From positions 47,478 through 111,477 of the IMG/VR virus record IMGVR_UViG_3300025913_000024: 64,000 bases of DNA. One strand, given 5' to 3'. How positions within the stretch are numbered: position 1 is the stretch's first letter; the number at the start of each line of letters is the position of its first letter. The position numbers and the translations under genes are program-made. This document shows, in pieces, positions 62,987 to 64,000 of the stretch. Below the pieces are notes generated by a model that was given only the letters and a program-made list of their open reading frames with translations, did not search any database and was not told the origin of the DNA. Source of the DNA: a virus. Its lineage: Duplodnaviria > Heunggongvirae > Uroviricota > Caudoviricetes.

Positions 62987-64000
62987 AAAAACTATCCCTA
63001 ACTCTGGAGCGGTCTCTTCTGATCGAATCCTTCAAAAGAACGTTTTTCCAACCATTGAGGTCTTTGTTGATAAGATCTTGAACTTGGTTCCTCACCAGAA
63101 GTATGGCGTGATCGGATCTACTGGAAAGAAACAAGACAACGGAGATATCGACCTAGGCCTTGAAACCTCTTTGACCTTAGATCAAGTGAGTGCTGTCCTA
63201 AACGACCTTGACGTTGATCATGTGGTTCAAAAAGGACTTAATGAGATCAATTGTCGATTTCCTCAGTATGAGAACGGAGCTCACAAGTTAGATCTTTGGG
63301 TTCAGGTTGACTTGATGTTAGGAAATTTGGATTGGTTGGAGTTCGTGTTCTACGTGGACAAGGACACCAAGTACAAGCCGATGGCTAGAACTGGTCTTCT
63401 CTTCGGTCTACTCAAAGTAGCTGCTATGCCTATCGCTGGCCAAAACACACCTCAAGGTCCATCTAATGAAGTTTGGTCTTTTGCTCCTACTCGTGGTATG
63501 TTCACCAAGGTTGGAACCAAAAGAACTAACAGAAAAGGTGAAGAAGTCATCGATTGGACCAACTCGTCTTCTTATACCCCTGACCCAAACAAGTTTTGTG
63601 AGATCGCCTTTGAACAAGCTAGGCGCGCTGTAAAACCCTCTGAACTAGAAACTTCCTTTGAAGGTTGTTGGAAGGTTATGACAGACGTTTTCTCTAACAA
63701 CCCTACTCTCTTAGGTCAACTCGCAGAGTATGTCATGAACTTCTGTAAGGACAAGGGAGTCTCACCGGTTCCTGAGCTTGAACAATGGACCAAAGCCTTG
63801 AAGGTTCAAGAGTCTATTGAACAACTTCTTGAATACGTTGAGTACATCAAGGGTCACAAAAACTCCTCTGGAGAATCTGCTCCTTGGGTCATCAAACAAC
63901 ATAACACTGGAAAGATCCTCTCAAGCCACTCCTCTGAGGCCAAGGCTAAGGCTCACCTCGGTCAGATGGAGATGCACAAACATCTGGAAGAAAAGTATGA
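62979..64000 (+). CDS. Pol-beta-superfamily nucleotidyltransferase (partial, runs off the window end)
   Basis: GTG start with RBS GAGGA 7 nt upstream. YGVIGSTGKKQDNGDIDLGLE matches the hG[GS]x(9-13)DhD nucleotidyltransferase motif. The ORF is open to nt 64000 (not in the ORF track because it lacks an in-window stop). Confidence 0.5.
   Translation, partial: MPEKTIPNSGAVSSDRILQKNVFPTIEVFVDKILNLVPHQKYGVIGSTGKKQDNGDIDLGLETSLTLDQVSAVLNDLDVDHVVQKGLNEINCRFPQYENGAHKLDLWVQVDLMLGNLDWLEFVFYVDKDTKYKPMARTGLLFGLLKVAAMPIAGQNTPQGPSNEVWSFAPTRGMFTKVGTKRTNRKGEEVIDWTNSSSYTPDPNKFCEIAFEQARRAVKPSELETSFEGCWKVMTDVFSNNPTLLGQLAEYVMNFCKDKGVSPVPELEQWTKALKVQESIEQLLEYVEYIKGHKNSSGESAPWVIKQHNTGKILSSHSSEAKAKAHLGQMEMHKHLEEKY

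Noticed and set aside
1-64000. CRISPR arrays, integrase or attachment sites, transposases
   Set aside because: No regularly spaced short direct repeats were seen, and there is no integrase or transposase motif. The only mobile-element-like gene is the HNH endonuclease.

Overview
This window reads as a contiguous piece of a large virulent tailed dsDNA phage genome of myovirus type, about 42% GC, densely packed with genes, many with overlapping start and stop codons. The T4-like core genes are a class Ia ribonucleotide reductase operon (nrdA, a glutaredoxin/NrdH-like gene, nrdB; 5974-9617), a terminase large subunit on the minus strand (10179-12404), and a head-morphogenesis block (14903-21845) that ends in a gp23-like major capsid protein. 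A minus-strand tail-fibre module lies at 49339-56936, and there are two long runs of small accessory ORFs (24.5-46 kb and 57-64 kb). The accessory regions hold the most unusual content. A frameshifted WGR+PARP-like ADP-ribosyltransferase sits on a GC-rich island, and a Macro domain protein, a Nudix hydrolase and an archaeal-type NMN adenylyltransferase lie elsewhere in the window. Also present are a Thg1-like 3'-5' nucleotidyltransferase, a RelA/SpoT-HD small alarmone hydrolase, a HAD phosphatase, a free-standing HNH endonuclease next to an aberrant tRNA-like gene, and a terminal Pol-beta-type nucleotidyltransferase that is partial at the window edge. Structure not explained by standard annotation includes four tandem small proteins that copy the N- and C-terminal motifs of the major capsid protein, and a C1q-like tip domain present in three consecutive fibre genes. 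A conserved TGAGATATTGTAG motif (extended -10-like) heads GC-rich moron islands, a tRNA and a possible ORF-less small RNA. A perfect 106-bp tandem duplication breaks one gene, and GNRA-tetraloop terminators recur. All functional calls rest on motifs read by eye; nothing was searched against databases.
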